A DNA stretch of 64,000 bases from an uncultured Thermoleophilia bacterium (GTDB lineage: Bacteria; Actinomycetota; Thermoleophilia; Miltoncostaeales; Miltoncostaeaceae), in NCBI GenBank assembly GCA_963762825.1, contig CAVXLZ010000001.1:724541-788540 (forward strand), read 5' to 3'. Positions 41,045-52,034 of the stretch are shown one piece after another (position 1 is the first letter of the stretch; the number at the start of each line of letters is the position of its first letter). The translations under genes and the position numbers were made by a program. The notes beneath the pieces were generated by a model. It did no database searches. It was not told the origin of the DNA and was given only the letters and a program-made list of their open reading frames with translations.

Positions 41045-44000
41045 TGCCGCGTCGCGACGACATCGAATCGATCATGGTCATCGGCAGCGGGCCGATCGTC
41101 ATCGGACAGGCCGGAGAGTTCGACTACTCGGGCACCCAGGGGGCCCGTGCCCTGCGCGAGGAGGGCTACCGGGTCATCCTCGTCAACTCGAACCCGGCCA
41201 CGATCATGACCGACCCGTCGGTCGCCGACCGGACCTACGTGGAGCCCCTCGACATGGCCTCGCTCGAGGCGATCATCGCGATCGAGCACCCCGACGCGCT
41301 GCTGCCGACCCTCGGTGGCCAGACGGCGCTCAACCTCGCGATGGAGCTGAGCCTCGCGGGCGTGCTCAAGCTCCACGGGGTGGAGCTGATCGGCGCCGAC
41401 GTGGCCGCCATCCGCCGCGCCGAGGATCGCGAGGTCTTCCGCGACACGATGGCCGCGGCCGGGCTCGCCATGCCCGACAACCGCGTGGTGTCGGACATGG
41501 CGGGAGGCCGCCAGGCGATGGCCGATCTCGGGCTCCCGGTGATCCTGCGGCCCGGTTTCACCCTGGGGGGGGAGGGAGGCGGAGCCGCGCATACGCCCGA
41601 GGAGTTCGAATCGATGCTCGAGCACGCCCTGGCGGCGAGCCCCATCAGCCAGGTGCTCATCGACCGTTCGCTCATCGGCTGGGCCGAGATCGAGCTCGAG
41701 GTGGTCCGGGACGCGGCCGACAACGCGGTGATCGTCTGCTCGATCGAGAACATCGACCCGATGGGGGTGCACACCGGCGACTCGGTGACCGTCGCGCCGG
41801 TGATGACCCTCACCGATCCGGAGTTGCAGATGTTGCGCGACGCCGCCATCGCGGTGATCCGCGCCGTCGGGGTGTCGACCGGAGGCGCCAACGTCCAGTT
41901 CGCGCTCAACCGGACCACCGGGGAGATGGTCGTCATCGAGATGAACCCGCGGGTCTCGCGTTCGTCGGCGCTCGCCTCCAAGGCCACCGGTTTCCCGATC
42001 GCCAAGATCGCCGCCCGGCTTGCGGTGGGCTACACGCTCGACGAGCTTCCCAACGAGATCACGGGCGTCACCCCGGCCAGCTTCGAGCCTGCGCTCGACT
42101 ACGTCGCGGTGAAGATCCCCCGCTTCGCCTTCGAGAAGGTGCCCGGCGCCTCCACCGAGTTGACCACCCATATGAAGAGCGTGGGCGAGGTGCTGGCGCT
42201 CGGCCGCACGTTCGGCGAGGCGTTCGGCAAGGCGATGTCGGGGCGCGAGCTCGACGCCTCTCCGCGCATCCCCGAGGACGCCGAGGACGCCCTCGCCATC
42301 CTCGGCACGCCGTCCTGGGATCGCTACGACGTCATCCTCTGGGCGCTCGCCAACGGGGTCCCGCTCGAGGACGTGCGCGCGGCCACCGGCATCGACGCAT
42401 GGTTCCTCGCGCAGCTCGAGGAGCTCGCCGCCGCAGGCGGAGCGCTCGTCGGCCCCCTCGACGAGCTCAATGCCGACGCGCTGCGAGAGGCGCGCCGGGC
42501 CGGGCTCGCCGACCGTGACATCGCCTCCGCGACGGGATCGACGGAACTCGCGGTCGGCCAACGGCGCCGGGCGCTGGGGGTGAGGCCCTCGTACCATGCG
42601 GTCGATACCTGTGCCGCCGAGTTCGCCGCCCTCACGCCCTACTACTACGCGGGCTTCGAGGGAGAGAGCGAGCTCGCGCGCGACGACCGGCCGGCCATCG
42701 TCGTTCTGGGGTCCGGCCCGAACCGGATCGGTCAGGGCATCGAGTTCGACTACTGCTGCGTACATGCCGCCGAGACCGTCCGTGAGCTCGGCTACGCCTC
42801 GGTGATGGTCAACTGCAATCCCGAGACGGTCTCGACCGACCACGGAGTCAGCGACCGCCTCTACCTCGAGCCCGTCACGATCGACGCTGTGCTCGACATC
42901 TGCGAGGCCGAGCGTCCCCTCGGGGTGATCGCGCAGCTCGGCGGCCAGACGCCGCTGCGGCTGGCGGGCGCGCTCGCCGACGCGGGCGTGCCGGTGCTCG
43001 GGACCTCGCCGGCCGCGATCGATCTTGCCGAGGACCGAGGCCGGTTCGGCGCGCTTCTCGACGAGCTGGGCCTCGCCGCTCCGCCGTGGGCGGTGGCCGA
43101 CGGGGGGGAGGAGGCGCTCGCCGCTGCCGCCGAGGTCGGCTACCCGGTGCTCGTGCGCCCCTCGTACGTGCTCGGCGGGCGGGCGATGGCCATCTGCGAT
43201 TCGCCCGATGCCGTACGCGCCTACCTCGAGCGCGAGCGGCCCCGAGGGGTGCTGCTCGTGGACCGCTTCGTGGAGAACGCCGTCGAGCTCGACGTGGACG
43301 CCCTCTCGGATGGACGCGACTGCTGGACGGCCGCCGTGATGGAGCACGTCGAGGCGGCCGGCGTCCACTCGGGCGACTCGGCCTGCGTCCTGCCCGCCCA
43401 GAGCGCCGGACCGGGCCTCGTCGCCGAGCTCGAGGAGCAGACCGCCGCCCTGGCGCGTGGGCTCGGGGTGGTGGGCCTGCTCAACGTCCAGTTCGCGGTC
43501 CGCGATGGAGAGATCTTCGTCATCGAGGCCAACCCGCGGGCCTCGCGCACCATCCCCTTCGTGGCGAAGGCCACGGGGGTGCCGCTCGTTCGCCATGCGG
43601 TGCGCCTGATGCTCGGCGGCTCGCTCGGCGACCTCCACCTGCCGGTCGCCGCGCCCGAGCGCCACGTGGCGGTCAAAGAGGCGGTGCTGCCGTTCGCCCG
43701 CTTCGCCGGCGCCGATCCCGTCCTCGGTCCGGAGATGCGTGCGACGGGCGAGGTGATGGGTCTCGGCGGCAGTTTCGCCGAGGCGTTCGCGAAGGCTCAA
43801 CGCGGGGCCGGGCAGGCCCTTCCTCGGGAGGGCACCGCCTTCATCTCGGCCCGCGATGCGGACAAGCCCGCCGCGGTCGCTCTCGCGGCACGGCTGGCGC
43901 GTGCCGGGATCGAGCTGATCGCCACCGCCGGAACGGCGGCGGCGCTGGCGGCGGCGGGTCTCGCCGTGCGCCCGGTGCTGAAGATCTCCGAGGGAACGCC

Positions 44001-44283
44001 GCACGTCGGCGACCTGATCGAGGCCGGCGAGATCGACCTGGTCATCAACACGCCACGGGGCGGACACGGGGCCCGCACCGACGGCTTTGAGATCCGCGCC
44101 GCGGCGATCCGGGCGGGGATCCCGTGCATCACCACCATCGAGGCGGCCACGGCCGCTGCCGCGGCGATCGCCGGCGGTCGGCCCGGACACCCTCGAGCGC
44201 TGCAGGACGGTGGGCCTCCGATCCGTCCGGGGGGAGCTTTTCGTCCCACGAACCGAGCGTATGAACCTCAAGTCGAGATATAG
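41044..44283 (+). CDS. carB: Carbamoyl-phosphate synthase large subunit
   Basis: [34 protein letters not shown], second ATP-grasp, MGS domain. Confidence 0.97.
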   Translation: MPRRDDIESIMVIGSGPIVIGQAGEFDYSGTQGARALREEGYRVILVNSNPATIMTDPSVADRTYVEPLDMASLEAIIAIEHPDALLPTLGGQTALNLAMELSLAGVLKLHGVELIGADVAAIRRAEDREVFRDTMAAAGLAMPDNRVVSDMAGGRQAMADLGLPVILRPGFTLGGEGGGAAHTPEEFESMLEHALAASPISQVLIDRSLIGWAEIELEVVRDAADNAVIVCSIENIDPMGVHTGDSVTVAPVMTLTDPELQMLRDAAIAVIRAVGVSTGGANVQFALNRTTGEMVVIEMNPRVSRSSALASKATGFPIAKIAARLAVGYTLDELPNEITGVTPASFEPALDYVAVKIPRFAFEKVPGASTELTTHMKSVGEVLALGRTFGEAFGKAMSGRELDASPRIPEDAEDALAILGTPSWDRYDVILWALANGVPLEDVRAATGIDAWFLAQLEELAAAGGALVGPLDELNADALREARRAGLADRDIASATGSTELAVGQRRRALGVRPSYHAVDTCAAEFAALTPYYYAGFEGESELARDDRPAIVVLGSGPNRIGQGIEFDYCCVHAAETVRELGYASVMVNCNPETVSTDHGVSDRLYLEPVTIDAVLDICEAERPLGVIAQLGGQTPLRLAGALADAGVPVLGTSPAAIDLAEDRGRFGALLDELGLAAPPWAVADGGEEALAAAAEVGYPVLVRPSYVLGGRAMAICDSPDAVRAYLERERPRGVLLVDRFVENAVELDVDALSDGRDCWTAAVMEHVEAAGVHSGDSACVLPAQSAGPGLVAELEEQTAALARGLGVVGLLNVQFAVRDGEIFVIEANPRASRTIPFVAKATGVPLVRHAVRLMLGGSLGDLHLPVAAPERHVAVKEAVLPFARFAGADPVLGPEMRATGEVMGLGGSFAEAFAKAQRGAGQALPREGTAFISARDADKPAAVALAARLARAGIELIATAGTAAALAAAGLAVRPVLKISEGTPHVGDLIEAGEIDLVINTPRGGHGARTDGFEIRAAAIRAGIPCITTIEAATAAAAAIAGGRPGHPRALQDGGPPIRPGGAFRPTNRAYEPQVEI

Positions 44284-44359
44284 ATTTTGTAAGGCCGGGA
44301 AGCCGTTGCTTCGCCTGCAACACGCGTGAAATCATCGTAAAACGGCTGCAAAACTCGGC

Positions 44360-44389
44360 TTGCCACAGCGGCGATCACGAACCTACAAT
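44360..44389 (+). promoter_or_regulatory. SigA-type promoter of mIHF
   Basis: TTGCCA-N18-TACAAT in an AT-rich tract, 8 nt before ATG. Confidence 0.65.
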
Positions 44390-44397
44390 GGCTCGCG

Positions 44398-44733
44398 ATG
44401 GCGACGACATCTCCCAAAGCTCAATCGCAGGCGCCCGAGCGCTCTCTCGATCAGCGCATGGAGGCCCTCCGCCGCGCCAACGACATCCGCTCGCGCCGCG
44501 CTCAGCTCAAGAAGGACCTGAAGAGCGGACGCACCTCGATCGGGAGCGTCATCTCGAGCCCGCCCGAGTTCGTCATGACGGCGAAGGTCTTCGACATGCT
44601 CATGGCGGTGCCCAAGTACGGCAAGGTCAAGGCGACACGCTTCCTCAACACCTGCCGCATATCGCAGGGGAAGACCATCGGGGGCCTGTCCGACCGGCAG
44701 CGCTCAGAGCTGCTGGAGCTCCTTCACCGCTAG
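44398..44733 (+). CDS. mihF: Actinobacterial integration host factor
   Basis: QRMEALRRAN...RAQLKKDLKSG, VPKYGKVKA, GGLSDRQRSELL; located between carB and gmk. Confidence 0.9.
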   Translation: MATTSPKAQSQAPERSLDQRMEALRRANDIRSRRAQLKKDLKSGRTSIGSVISSPPEFVMTAKVFDMLMAVPKYGKVKATRFLNTCRISQGKTIGGLSDRQRSELLELLHR

Positions 44734-44752
44734 TGCCGTGCGCCCGTGGGTC

Positions 44753-45346
44753 ATGGCCCCTGACCCTGTCGTAGCGACGCGGCCACGCGTCTTCATCGTC
44801 TCGGGGCCGTCCGGTGCAGGGAAGGGCACGCTGATCGCGGGGGTGCTCCCTCGCTTTCCCGGCCTGCGGACGGCCGTGTCCGCCACGACGCGCGGTATCC
44901 GGCCCGGTGAGGTCCAGGGGGAGCACTACCACTTCCTCTCGTCCCTCGAGTTCGCATCGAGGGTCACGGCCGGCGACTTCCTCGAGCACGTCACCTATGC
45001 GGGCAACCGCTACGGCACGCTCCGCTCCGAGATCGACCGCATCCTCGGCGAGGGGTGCTCGCCGGTCGTCGAGATCGAGCTGGCGGGAGCCCGAGCGGTG
45101 CGCGAGCTGATCCCCGACGCGGTCTCGGTGTTCATCGCGCCCCCCTCCGTGCAGGATCTGAGCGCCCGCCTGGAACAGCGCGCCACCGACACCGAGCTCG
45201 AGATCGCCGAGCGCCTGCGGACCGGCCAGATCGAGCTGGCCGCACGGCACGAGTTCGACCACGTGGTGGTGAACGAGGACCGCGATGCTGCGATCGACGA
45301 ACTGGCCGCGATCGTCGCCGAGGCCATCGAGGCCCCCGTTGGCTGA
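44753..45346 (+). CDS. gmk: Guanylate kinase
   Basis: SGPSGAGKGT, SATTR, YGT, FIAPPS. Confidence 0.95.
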   Translation: MAPDPVVATRPRVFIVSGPSGAGKGTLIAGVLPRFPGLRTAVSATTRGIRPGEVQGEHYHFLSSLEFASRVTAGDFLEHVTYAGNRYGTLRSEIDRILGEGCSPVVEIELAGARAVRELIPDAVSVFIAPPSVQDLSARLEQRATDTELEIAERLRTGQIELAARHEFDHVVVNEDRDAAIDELAAIVAEAIEAPVG

Positions 45347-46532
45347 GATCCTGCTCGGGGTCTCCGGGGGCATCGCCGCCTACAAGGCGATCGATGTGAT
45401 GCGCATCCTCCAACGCCGCGGCCACGGGGTCACCGTCGTGATGACCCGCTCGGCCCAGCGCTTCGTGGGCCCGGCGACCTTCTCGGCGCTCTCCGGCCGG
45501 CCGGTGGGCGTGGATCTGTTCGGTGCGGAGGAGCTGCCCGGCTACGGCCACTTGGAGCTTGCGCGCTCGCACGACCTGGCCCTCGTCGCACCGGCCTCGG
45601 CCAACACGGTGGCGCGGATGGCCTCCGGCCTCGGAGACGGCCTGCTCGGAGCGACCCTCCTCGCCTTCGAGGGGCCGCTGGTGATCGCGCCGGCCATGAA
45701 CACCCGCATGTACCTGCACCCGGCGACGGCGGCCAACCTCGCTCTCCTGCGCGCCCGCGGCGCGACCGAGGTCGATCCGGCCACCGGGCTGCTGGCCGAT
45801 GGCGACATCGGAGTCGGTCGGCTCGCCGATCCGGTGGACATCGCCGATGCCGTCGACGAACGGCTGGCGGGCGCGGGCACCCTCGCCGGCCGCAAGGTCC
45901 TGGTGAGCGCCGGGGGCACGCGCGAGCCGATCGACCCGGTGCGCTATATCGGGAACCGCTCCAGTGGGCGGATGGGCTGGGCGATCGCCGCCTCCGCCCG
46001 GCGCCGCGGCGCCGACGTGACCGTGATCTGCTCCAACGTGGAGCTGCCGCGCAACCCGGCGATACGCTACGTCGAGGCTCCGAGCGCGGCCGATCTGCAC
46101 CGCGCCGCCCTCGTCGAGTTCCCGGCTTGCGACCTGCTCGTGATGGCCGCCGCGGTGGCCGACTTCCGCCCCCGGGAGGCGCTCGAGCAGAAGATCGACA
46201 AGAGCGCCGAGGGCCTGCGGGCCCTCGATCTCGAGCCGACGCCCGACATCCTCGCCGACCTCGCCGCCCGCCGCGATCACCAGGTCGTGGTCGGCTTCGC
46301 CGCCGAGCAGGGACCCGCGGGGCTCGAGCGCGCCCGCTCCAAGCGAGCGCGCAAGAAGCTCGACCTGATCGTCCACAACGACGTCTCGGTTGAGGGGATC
46401 GGCTTCGGCAGCGGCGACAACCAGATCACGTTGATCGGGGCGCAGGACGAGGATGCCCTGCCGCGCATGAGCAAGGACGCGTGCGCCGAACGCATCCTCG
46501 ACGCCGCCGCCGCGTTGTTGCGCCGAGGCTGA
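45339..46532 (+). CDS. coaBC: Bifunctional PPC decarboxylase / PPC synthetase
   Basis: GVSGGIAAYK, APAMN, GGTREPIDPVRYIGNRSSGRMG, AAVADF, GFAAE; TTG start overlapping gmk. Confidence 0.95.
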   Translation: MAEILLGVSGGIAAYKAIDVMRILQRRGHGVTVVMTRSAQRFVGPATFSALSGRPVGVDLFGAEELPGYGHLELARSHDLALVAPASANTVARMASGLGDGLLGATLLAFEGPLVIAPAMNTRMYLHPATAANLALLRARGATEVDPATGLLADGDIGVGRLADPVDIADAVDERLAGAGTLAGRKVLVSAGGTREPIDPVRYIGNRSSGRMGWAIAASARRRGADVTVICSNVELPRNPAIRYVEAPSAADLHRAALVEFPACDLLVMAAAVADFRPREALEQKIDKSAEGLRALDLEPTPDILADLAARRDHQVVVGFAAEQGPAGLERARSKRARKKLDLIVHNDVSVEGIGFGSGDNQITLIGAQDEDALPRMSKDACAERILDAAAALLRRG

Positions 46533-46589
46533 GCCCCGGCCCGTCGGCGGATGGGGCTGCGACCGCCCGGGGGTCGTGGGCGCGGCCCG

Positions 46590-47585
46590 ATGGGCTACCC
46601 TCGGGGCACGTCCTCGTCTCTCGCAACCCCGCCGCTCGAGCCCGTCGAGCTGGACCCGGTCACTGCGCTGGCCGGCGCGCTTGTGGATGCCTGCGCCGGG
46701 GCGGTCCGCGCCCCCCGCGCCTCGATCGAGAACTGCGTGATCGCCCTCATGTCGGGCGGCCACGTGATGATCGAGGACGTGCCCGGGGTGGGCAAGACCG
46801 TTCTCGGCAAGAGCCTCGCCCGGGCCGCGGGCTGTGAGTTCTCGCGTCTCCAGTGCACGGCCGACCTTCTGCCGGCCGACGTCACGGGGGTGACGGTCTG
46901 GGACCAGAACGCCGCGACCTTCCTCTTCCGGCCCGGCCCCGTGTTCGCGAACGTGATTCTCGTCGACGAGATCAACCGCGCCTCTCCGAAGACCCAGTCG
47001 GCTCTGCTCGAGTGCATGGAGGAGGGCCAGGTGACCGTGGACGGCGAGACGCGTGTTCTTCCCGACCCCTTCATGATCATCGCCACCCAGAATCCGGTGG
47101 AGTACGAGGGCACCTTCCCGCTGCCCGAGGCGCAGCTCGACCGCTTCGCGGTCCGCGTCGCGATCGGCTACCCGGCCCCGGGGGACGAGGCCGCGATGCT
47201 GCTCGATCTGGCCGGACGCGACCCCCTCGACGGTGTCGTCCCCGTCACCGACGAGGCGGGCATCGTGGCTGCCCGGCGGGTGGTGGAGCGGGTCCACACC
47301 GATCCATCCCTCGCCCAGTACGTGGTGGAGCTGGTGAGGGCCACCCGGCGCGATTCCCGAGTCGAGCTCGGCGCGAGCCCCCGGGCGGGGCTCGCGCTGC
47401 TGAGGGCGGCCAAAGCCCGTGCGGTCGTGGACGGTCGCGGCTACGTCCTGCCCGAGGACGTGCGCGCCCTGACGCACGCCACGCTCTCCCATCGGTTGAT
47501 CCTCACGCCCGACGCCCGCGCCCGCGGCGCGGAGGCGGGCGAGGTGGTGGCGGACGCCCTCGCCGCGGTGCCCGTCCCGCTGTGA
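46590..47585 (+). CDS. MoxR-family AAA+ ATPase
   Basis: EDVPGVGKT, DEINRASPKTQSALLE, EGTFPLPEAQLDRF. Confidence 0.95.
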   Translation: MGYPRGTSSSLATPPLEPVELDPVTALAGALVDACAGAVRAPRASIENCVIALMSGGHVMIEDVPGVGKTVLGKSLARAAGCEFSRLQCTADLLPADVTGVTVWDQNAATFLFRPGPVFANVILVDEINRASPKTQSALLECMEEGQVTVDGETRVLPDPFMIIATQNPVEYEGTFPLPEAQLDRFAVRVAIGYPAPGDEAAMLLDLAGRDPLDGVVPVTDEAGIVAARRVVERVHTDPSLAQYVVELVRATRRDSRVELGASPRAGLALLRAAKARAVVDGRGYVLPEDVRALTHATLSHRLILTPDARARGAEAGEVVADALAAVPVPL

Positions 47586-48760
47586 CGCGGTTCGGCGGAC
47601 CCTCGGGGCGGGCGCTCGGCCTGGCCGGGGCGGGCATCGCCGCCCTGGTGGCGAGCCGGGGCTTCGGCACTCCCGCCCTCGCCACCTTCGGTGCCGGGCT
47701 GGTCGCCCTGCCGATTCTGGTAGGCGCTCTCGTCTGGCTGGCGGCCGTCGGCATGAGCGTCGAGCGCCGTATCGAGCCCGCCCGCTGCGTCGTGGGCGAA
47801 TCGGTCAGAGTGCGGATCGCCATCGACGGATGGGCCGCCCGCCTCGGGCTCGACCGCATCCTGAACGTCGCGGTCGACCCGGCGGTCGGCGCGGCCGCCA
47901 TCCGGGGAGGCTCACGGCGCGAGCGCTCCGGGAGCGCGTGGGCGATCGTCGCGGCTCGCGGCGACCACCACCTTGAACCCGCTCGGGTGACCGTCGCGGA
48001 TCCCTTCGGCCTCGCGCGTCGTGTGCGCGTCGCGACCGGCGACGAGCGGCTGCTCGTGGTCCCGCTCGCGCCGGGTCTCGACTCGGCGCCCCTCGGGGCG
48101 AGGGCACACGGTCGCGGGCTGCGCCGCCGCAGTTCCGGTGCCGGCTTCGGCGAGCTCGACCGCGTGCGCGACTACCAGGCGGGGGATGCGCTCTCGCGCG
48201 TTCATTGGGCCCAGACGGCCAAGCGCGGCCGCCTCCAAACCAAGGAGATGCGCTCGGCCGAGGGGGCGGGCCGGACCGTGCTGGTGCTTCTCGACGGGGC
48301 CGTCCCCGCGGGGGCGGCGTTCGAGACCACCGTGACCTGCGCGGCCGCGCTCGCGCGTCACTTCCTCGCGAAGCGCGACCCCGTCTCCCTCGTGCTCACC
48401 GGCCGCCATCCGGCCAGGCTCGCCGCAGCGCACTGCGCCTGGCCGGTGGCCGAGGTCGCACTCGCCCGGGTCGAACCCGGAGGCGATCGCTCCCTCGCGC
48501 TCGCACTGGTCGCGGAGGCCGGTGCCACCGACGCCCCCGACCTCATCGTCGCCATCACGAGCGGGGCCGATGCGGGCCTCGCCGGCGGAGTGGGGCGTGC
48601 GCGAGCGCTCGGCATCCGGGTCACCGCGGTCCTCTCCGGCCCGGCGGCGACGAGCGCCGGCGACCTCTCCGCCCTCGGGGCGGAGGTCGTGGTGGTGCCC
48701 GGCCCGGACAGGGTGGTCGCGGCGCTGGAGGGATCGGGGGAACGGGCACGTGTCGCGTAG
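47582..48760 (+). CDS. DUF58-domain protein
   Basis: DPFGL, VRDYQAGDALSRVHWAQTAK. Confidence 0.9.
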   Translation: MTRFGGPSGRALGLAGAGIAALVASRGFGTPALATFGAGLVALPILVGALVWLAAVGMSVERRIEPARCVVGESVRVRIAIDGWAARLGLDRILNVAVDPAVGAAAIRGGSRRERSGSAWAIVAARGDHHLEPARVTVADPFGLARRVRVATGDERLLVVPLAPGLDSAPLGARAHGRGLRRRSSGAGFGELDRVRDYQAGDALSRVHWAQTAKRGRLQTKEMRSAEGAGRTVLVLLDGAVPAGAAFETTVTCAAALARHFLAKRDPVSLVLTGRHPARLAAAHCAWPVAEVALARVEPGGDRSLALALVAEAGATDAPDLIVAITSGADAGLAGGVGRARALGIRVTAVLSGPAATSAGDLSALGAEVVVVPGPDRVVAALEGSGERARVA

Positions 48761-51059
48761 CCTGCGAACCGCCATGGGTCCCGTGGCCGGGGCGGTCGTC
48801 GCCCTGGTCGTGCTCGTTGTGGCATGGCGCGGCCTCTACGAGGGGGTCGGCAGCGAGCGCCTCGCCGCGATCTGCGCCGCCGGGGCGCTCCCCGCACTGG
48901 CGATGCTGCTCCCGCGCGGACGCGCGGCGCTGGTCCCGGTGGCGACGACGCTCGCGATCCTGGTCGCCGCGTCGCTCGCCACACGCGGCGGGCCGTGGGG
49001 CCTCGTCGCGCTCGATCCCGACGCGTGGACCGCGGTGGCGTCCGTCGTCCCAGATGGTCTGGCGGCCGGCTCCGACGCGAGCCTGCCGGTCAGCCCGCTC
49101 GACGAGCCGGCCCTGGTCGCGTTGCTCGACGTCGCCCTGGCTGTGCTCGCTGCCGCAGCGGCGTGGCAGGTCGTGGTCAGGCGGCGGCCGGTAGCCGGTC
49201 TGTCGATCGTTGCCCTCGGGCTCGCGTATCGGTGGACCGTCGAGCCGCCCGCCTCGTCGGGCGTCGCGGGGGTGGCGGCCCTCGCCGCAGTCGTCGTGGT
49301 GCTGGCATTGTGCGGGTGGGAGGCGGGCGCCTCCCACCGGCCGCTGCGCCATCTGGCGGGGGCCCTCGTGCTCGGCGGCGCCACGGTCGCGGTGGCCGCC
49401 GGCCTCGGCGCCGGGCCTGCACAGGCCGGGGACCCGTGGTGGTCGTGGAAGCAGTGGGACCTCAGCGGAGCGGCGGGGAGCGCGGCGGGGGGCGGGCTCG
49501 ACCTGAGCCAGCGCTACGGCAAGCTCGACTGGCCGAGCACGCCGCGGGTGGCCTTCACGGTGGCCACCGACCGACCGCGCCCGCTGCGCGCGGTGAGCCT
49601 CGGGGAGTTCGACGGCATCTCCTTCACGCTCGCTGAGAGCGTCGGCTCCGAGGCCCTGCCCTTCGACGGCGGCGCGATCGTGGTGCCCGGGTCGGATCCC
49701 TCCGGTCTCGCCGTGACGCAGGACATCGCCCTCTCGGCCGTGAGCTCTCCGGTGGTGCTGGCTTCGGGGCGCCCGGAGCGGATCCTCGGGTCGTTCGAGG
49801 GCCCCGCCGATCTGGTGGGCGATGCCATCCGGCTGGGAGCGCCGCTGCAGCCGGGCGATCGCTACCGGGTGCGCACCCGGATCCCCCAGCCCAGTCCGAC
49901 CCAGCTCGTCAACGCAGGCCCCCTCGAGGCGCGCGACCTGCCGGCCGCCAGCACCCGCCTGCGCCCGGGCTATTGGGAGCGACCGGTGGACATCCCGCTG
50001 TGGGGAGCGGGCGAGGCTCCGCCCGATGACCGGCAACTCGGTCCCTACGCCCCCGTCCGCGACCTCGCGCGACGGGTGGTGGGCGATGCTGCCTCGCCCT
50101 ATGCGGCGGTCAACCGCATCGAGGGCTATCTGCGCTCCCGCTATGTCTATGACGAGCAACCCCCCTATCCGACCAGCCTCCCCGACGATGCATCGACCAC
50201 CTCGAACGGCGTCGATCCTCCGCTCGTCAACTTCCTCCTCAACAGCCGCCGTGGCTTCTGCCAGCAGTTCGCGGGCTCCATGGCCGTGATGCTCCGCTCG
50301 GTCGGAATCCCGGCGCGGGTCGCCGTCGGCTACACCGGCGGGCGCTACGACCTCCCCAGCGGCCGATGGAGGGTGCTCGACAGGGATGCCCACGCGTGGG
50401 TCGAGGTGTGGTTTCCCGGTCAGGGGTGGTTGCCCTTCGATCCGACCCCGGGGCGTTCGGCACCCAACCCGGCGTCCGTGTCGTCTCCCGACTACGCGCC
50501 GACGCCCTTCGAGATCGATCTGGGCGGCATCATCGATGCCGCGGTGGATCCTCCCCCCCCGGGCGGTGAGGCACCGAGCGCCGCCCCCGAGACCGCCGGC
50601 CCCACGGCCGCCGAGCCGTCGCAGCGCTCAGGGGAGGGTGGGTTCGGCTGGCGCTGGGCACTCCTCGCCCTCGCCGCGCCCCTCGTGGTCGCACCCGCCC
50701 TCCGGCGGCTGCGACGGCTACGGGGACGGCGCGGAGGGGACGAGCGCACGAGGGTCGTCGCCGCCACGCGCGAGCTCGAAGCCTCTCTCACCCCGCTCGG
50801 CTGGGCACCGCCTGTTGCCGCATCGCCCAGCGAGCGCGCCGAGGCGATCCGCTTCCGCACCGGAGTGGATCCGTCGAGCCTCTACCGGCGCGCGGCGCTC
50901 GCCCGCTTCGCCCCCGAGCCACCGGCCCGCGGCGAGGCGGCGGCCGCGTGGGGTGAGCTTGCAGCCGCGCTGCGGGAGATCCGCCGCAGCACACCGCGCG
51001 GCCGGCGGCTCATGGGCACGTTCGGGATCCGGCTCCCACCGCGCGGTAGCGTGCGGTGA
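48750..51059 (+). CDS. Membrane transglutaminase-like protein
   Basis: N-terminal TMs; GFCQQFA, GIPARVAVGY, HAWVEVW, FDPTP catalytic triad. Confidence 0.9.
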   Translation: MSRSLRTAMGPVAGAVVALVVLVVAWRGLYEGVGSERLAAICAAGALPALAMLLPRGRAALVPVATTLAILVAASLATRGGPWGLVALDPDAWTAVASVVPDGLAAGSDASLPVSPLDEPALVALLDVALAVLAAAAAWQVVVRRRPVAGLSIVALGLAYRWTVEPPASSGVAGVAALAAVVVVLALCGWEAGASHRPLRHLAGALVLGGATVAVAAGLGAGPAQAGDPWWSWKQWDLSGAAGSAAGGGLDLSQRYGKLDWPSTPRVAFTVATDRPRPLRAVSLGEFDGISFTLAESVGSEALPFDGGAIVVPGSDPSGLAVTQDIALSAVSSPVVLASGRPERILGSFEGPADLVGDAIRLGAPLQPGDRYRVRTRIPQPSPTQLVNAGPLEARDLPAASTRLRPGYWERPVDIPLWGAGEAPPDDRQLGPYAPVRDLARRVVGDAASPYAAVNRIEGYLRSRYVYDEQPPYPTSLPDDASTTSNGVDPPLVNFLLNSRRGFCQQFAGSMAVMLRSVGIPARVAVGYTGGRYDLPSGRWRVLDRDAHAWVEVWFPGQGWLPFDPTPGRSAPNPASVSSPDYAPTPFEIDLGGIIDAAVDPPPPGGEAPSAAPETAGPTAAEPSQRSGEGGFGWRWALLALAAPLVVAPALRRLRRLRGRRGGDERTRVVAATRELEASLTPLGWAPPVAASPSERAEAIRFRTGVDPSSLYRRAALARFAPEPPARGEAAAAWGELAAALREIRRSTPRGRRLMGTFGIRLPPRGSVR

Positions 51060-51394
51060 TGGACGAGCCGCCTGACGCCTATGAGGCATTCCGCAACGGC
51101 GAGTGGTTGCTCGAGGTGCGCGAGTATCGTCAGGCGGTGATCGCGCTCGAGCGCGCCAAGGCTCTCGAGCCGGACAAGGGCTCGATCCGCGAGGCCCTCG
51201 GTCGTGCCTACCTCGCCTCGCGCGCCTACCGGCGGGCGGCCGACGAGTTCGGCGTAGCCGTCAACCTGTCGCCGACCGACGGCTACGCGCACTACGGCCT
51301 GGCCCGCTCCCTCTCCCGGCTGGGCGACCCGCGGGCGCGCAGGCACTACAAGCTGGCCAAGGTGTTCGGGACGGGTTTGGAGCCCACGCACTGA
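51059..51394 (+). CDS. TPR protein
   Basis: ALERAKALEPDKGSIREALGRAY...YAHYGLARSL. Confidence 0.85.
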   Translation: MDEPPDAYEAFRNGEWLLEVREYRQAVIALERAKALEPDKGSIREALGRAYLASRAYRRAADEFGVAVNLSPTDGYAHYGLARSLSRLGDPRARRHYKLAKVFGTGLEPTH

Positions 51395-51554
51395 CGTTCC
51401 ACGCACTGACGTCCCTCTTGCGGGGACGTCAGTGCGGCAAATCGCCCTGGCCGGGCGATTTGCATCCGCGGCTCCGGCCTTGCGGCCGGGGCGCGCCGCG
51501 GCGGCGGACGGTCACCCGCGTGCGGCGTTCTAGCTGCGCTCGGGCCTTCGGCCC
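51384..51554. repeat. Intergenic multi-hairpin (REP-like) element between convergent genes
   Basis: 14-bp stem 51402-51436, 11-bp stem 51437-51463, smaller stems, and a 14-bp direct repeat. Confidence 0.7.
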
Positions 51555-51992
51555 TCAGTCGGGGGGTGGGCCGAAGGTCGTGCCGTCCGGGACGTCGAAG
51601 CCGGTCCTGATGAGTGACTCGTAGGTCTCGTCGACGAGGGTGCTGAGTGCTCCGAGGAGTCCGTCGAGGGTGTCGGCGTCCAGTGCCGCCAGCGGGGCGT
51701 CGGCGGCGGCGTAGACGTCTCCGTGGGCGTCGATCGCGAAGCGCCAGTTGCGCGTGGTGAGGTTCTTGCCGAGCAGGCGCTCGTAGACGGCGCGGTGGTC
51801 GCGGTCGGGCGCGCGCATGATGAATGCGCGCAGACCCAGGGTGCGCTCGCGCGCGAGCACCTGCACCCCTACGCCGCCCCGCGTCCGGCACGGCACGGCG
51901 ACGGTCCAGGCGCGCTCGCCGCGGCGGTCGGCCACCACGCCGATCTCCTCGATGAAGTGGGCGATGCGCGAGGGGGCGGAGGCGGCGTCCAT
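51555..51992 (-). CDS. YbjN-like protein
   Basis: FIMRAPD...VYERLLGKN...[10 protein letters not shown]...IRTGF. Confidence 0.7.
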   Translation of the reverse strand: MDAASAPSRIAHFIEEIGVVADRRGERAWTVAVPCRTRGGVGVQVLARERTLGLRAFIMRAPDRDHRAVYERLLGKNLTTRNWRFAIDAHGDVYAAADAPLAALDADTLDGLLGALSTLVDETYESLIRTGFDVPDGTTFGPPPD

Positions 51993-52034
51993 CTCCCCCC
52001 GATGCTACCCGGCGCGCGGCATACGATTCCCCCC

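Noticed and set aside
46590-51059. MoxR-DUF58-transglutaminase as a novel system
   Set aside because: A widespread, already described gene triad
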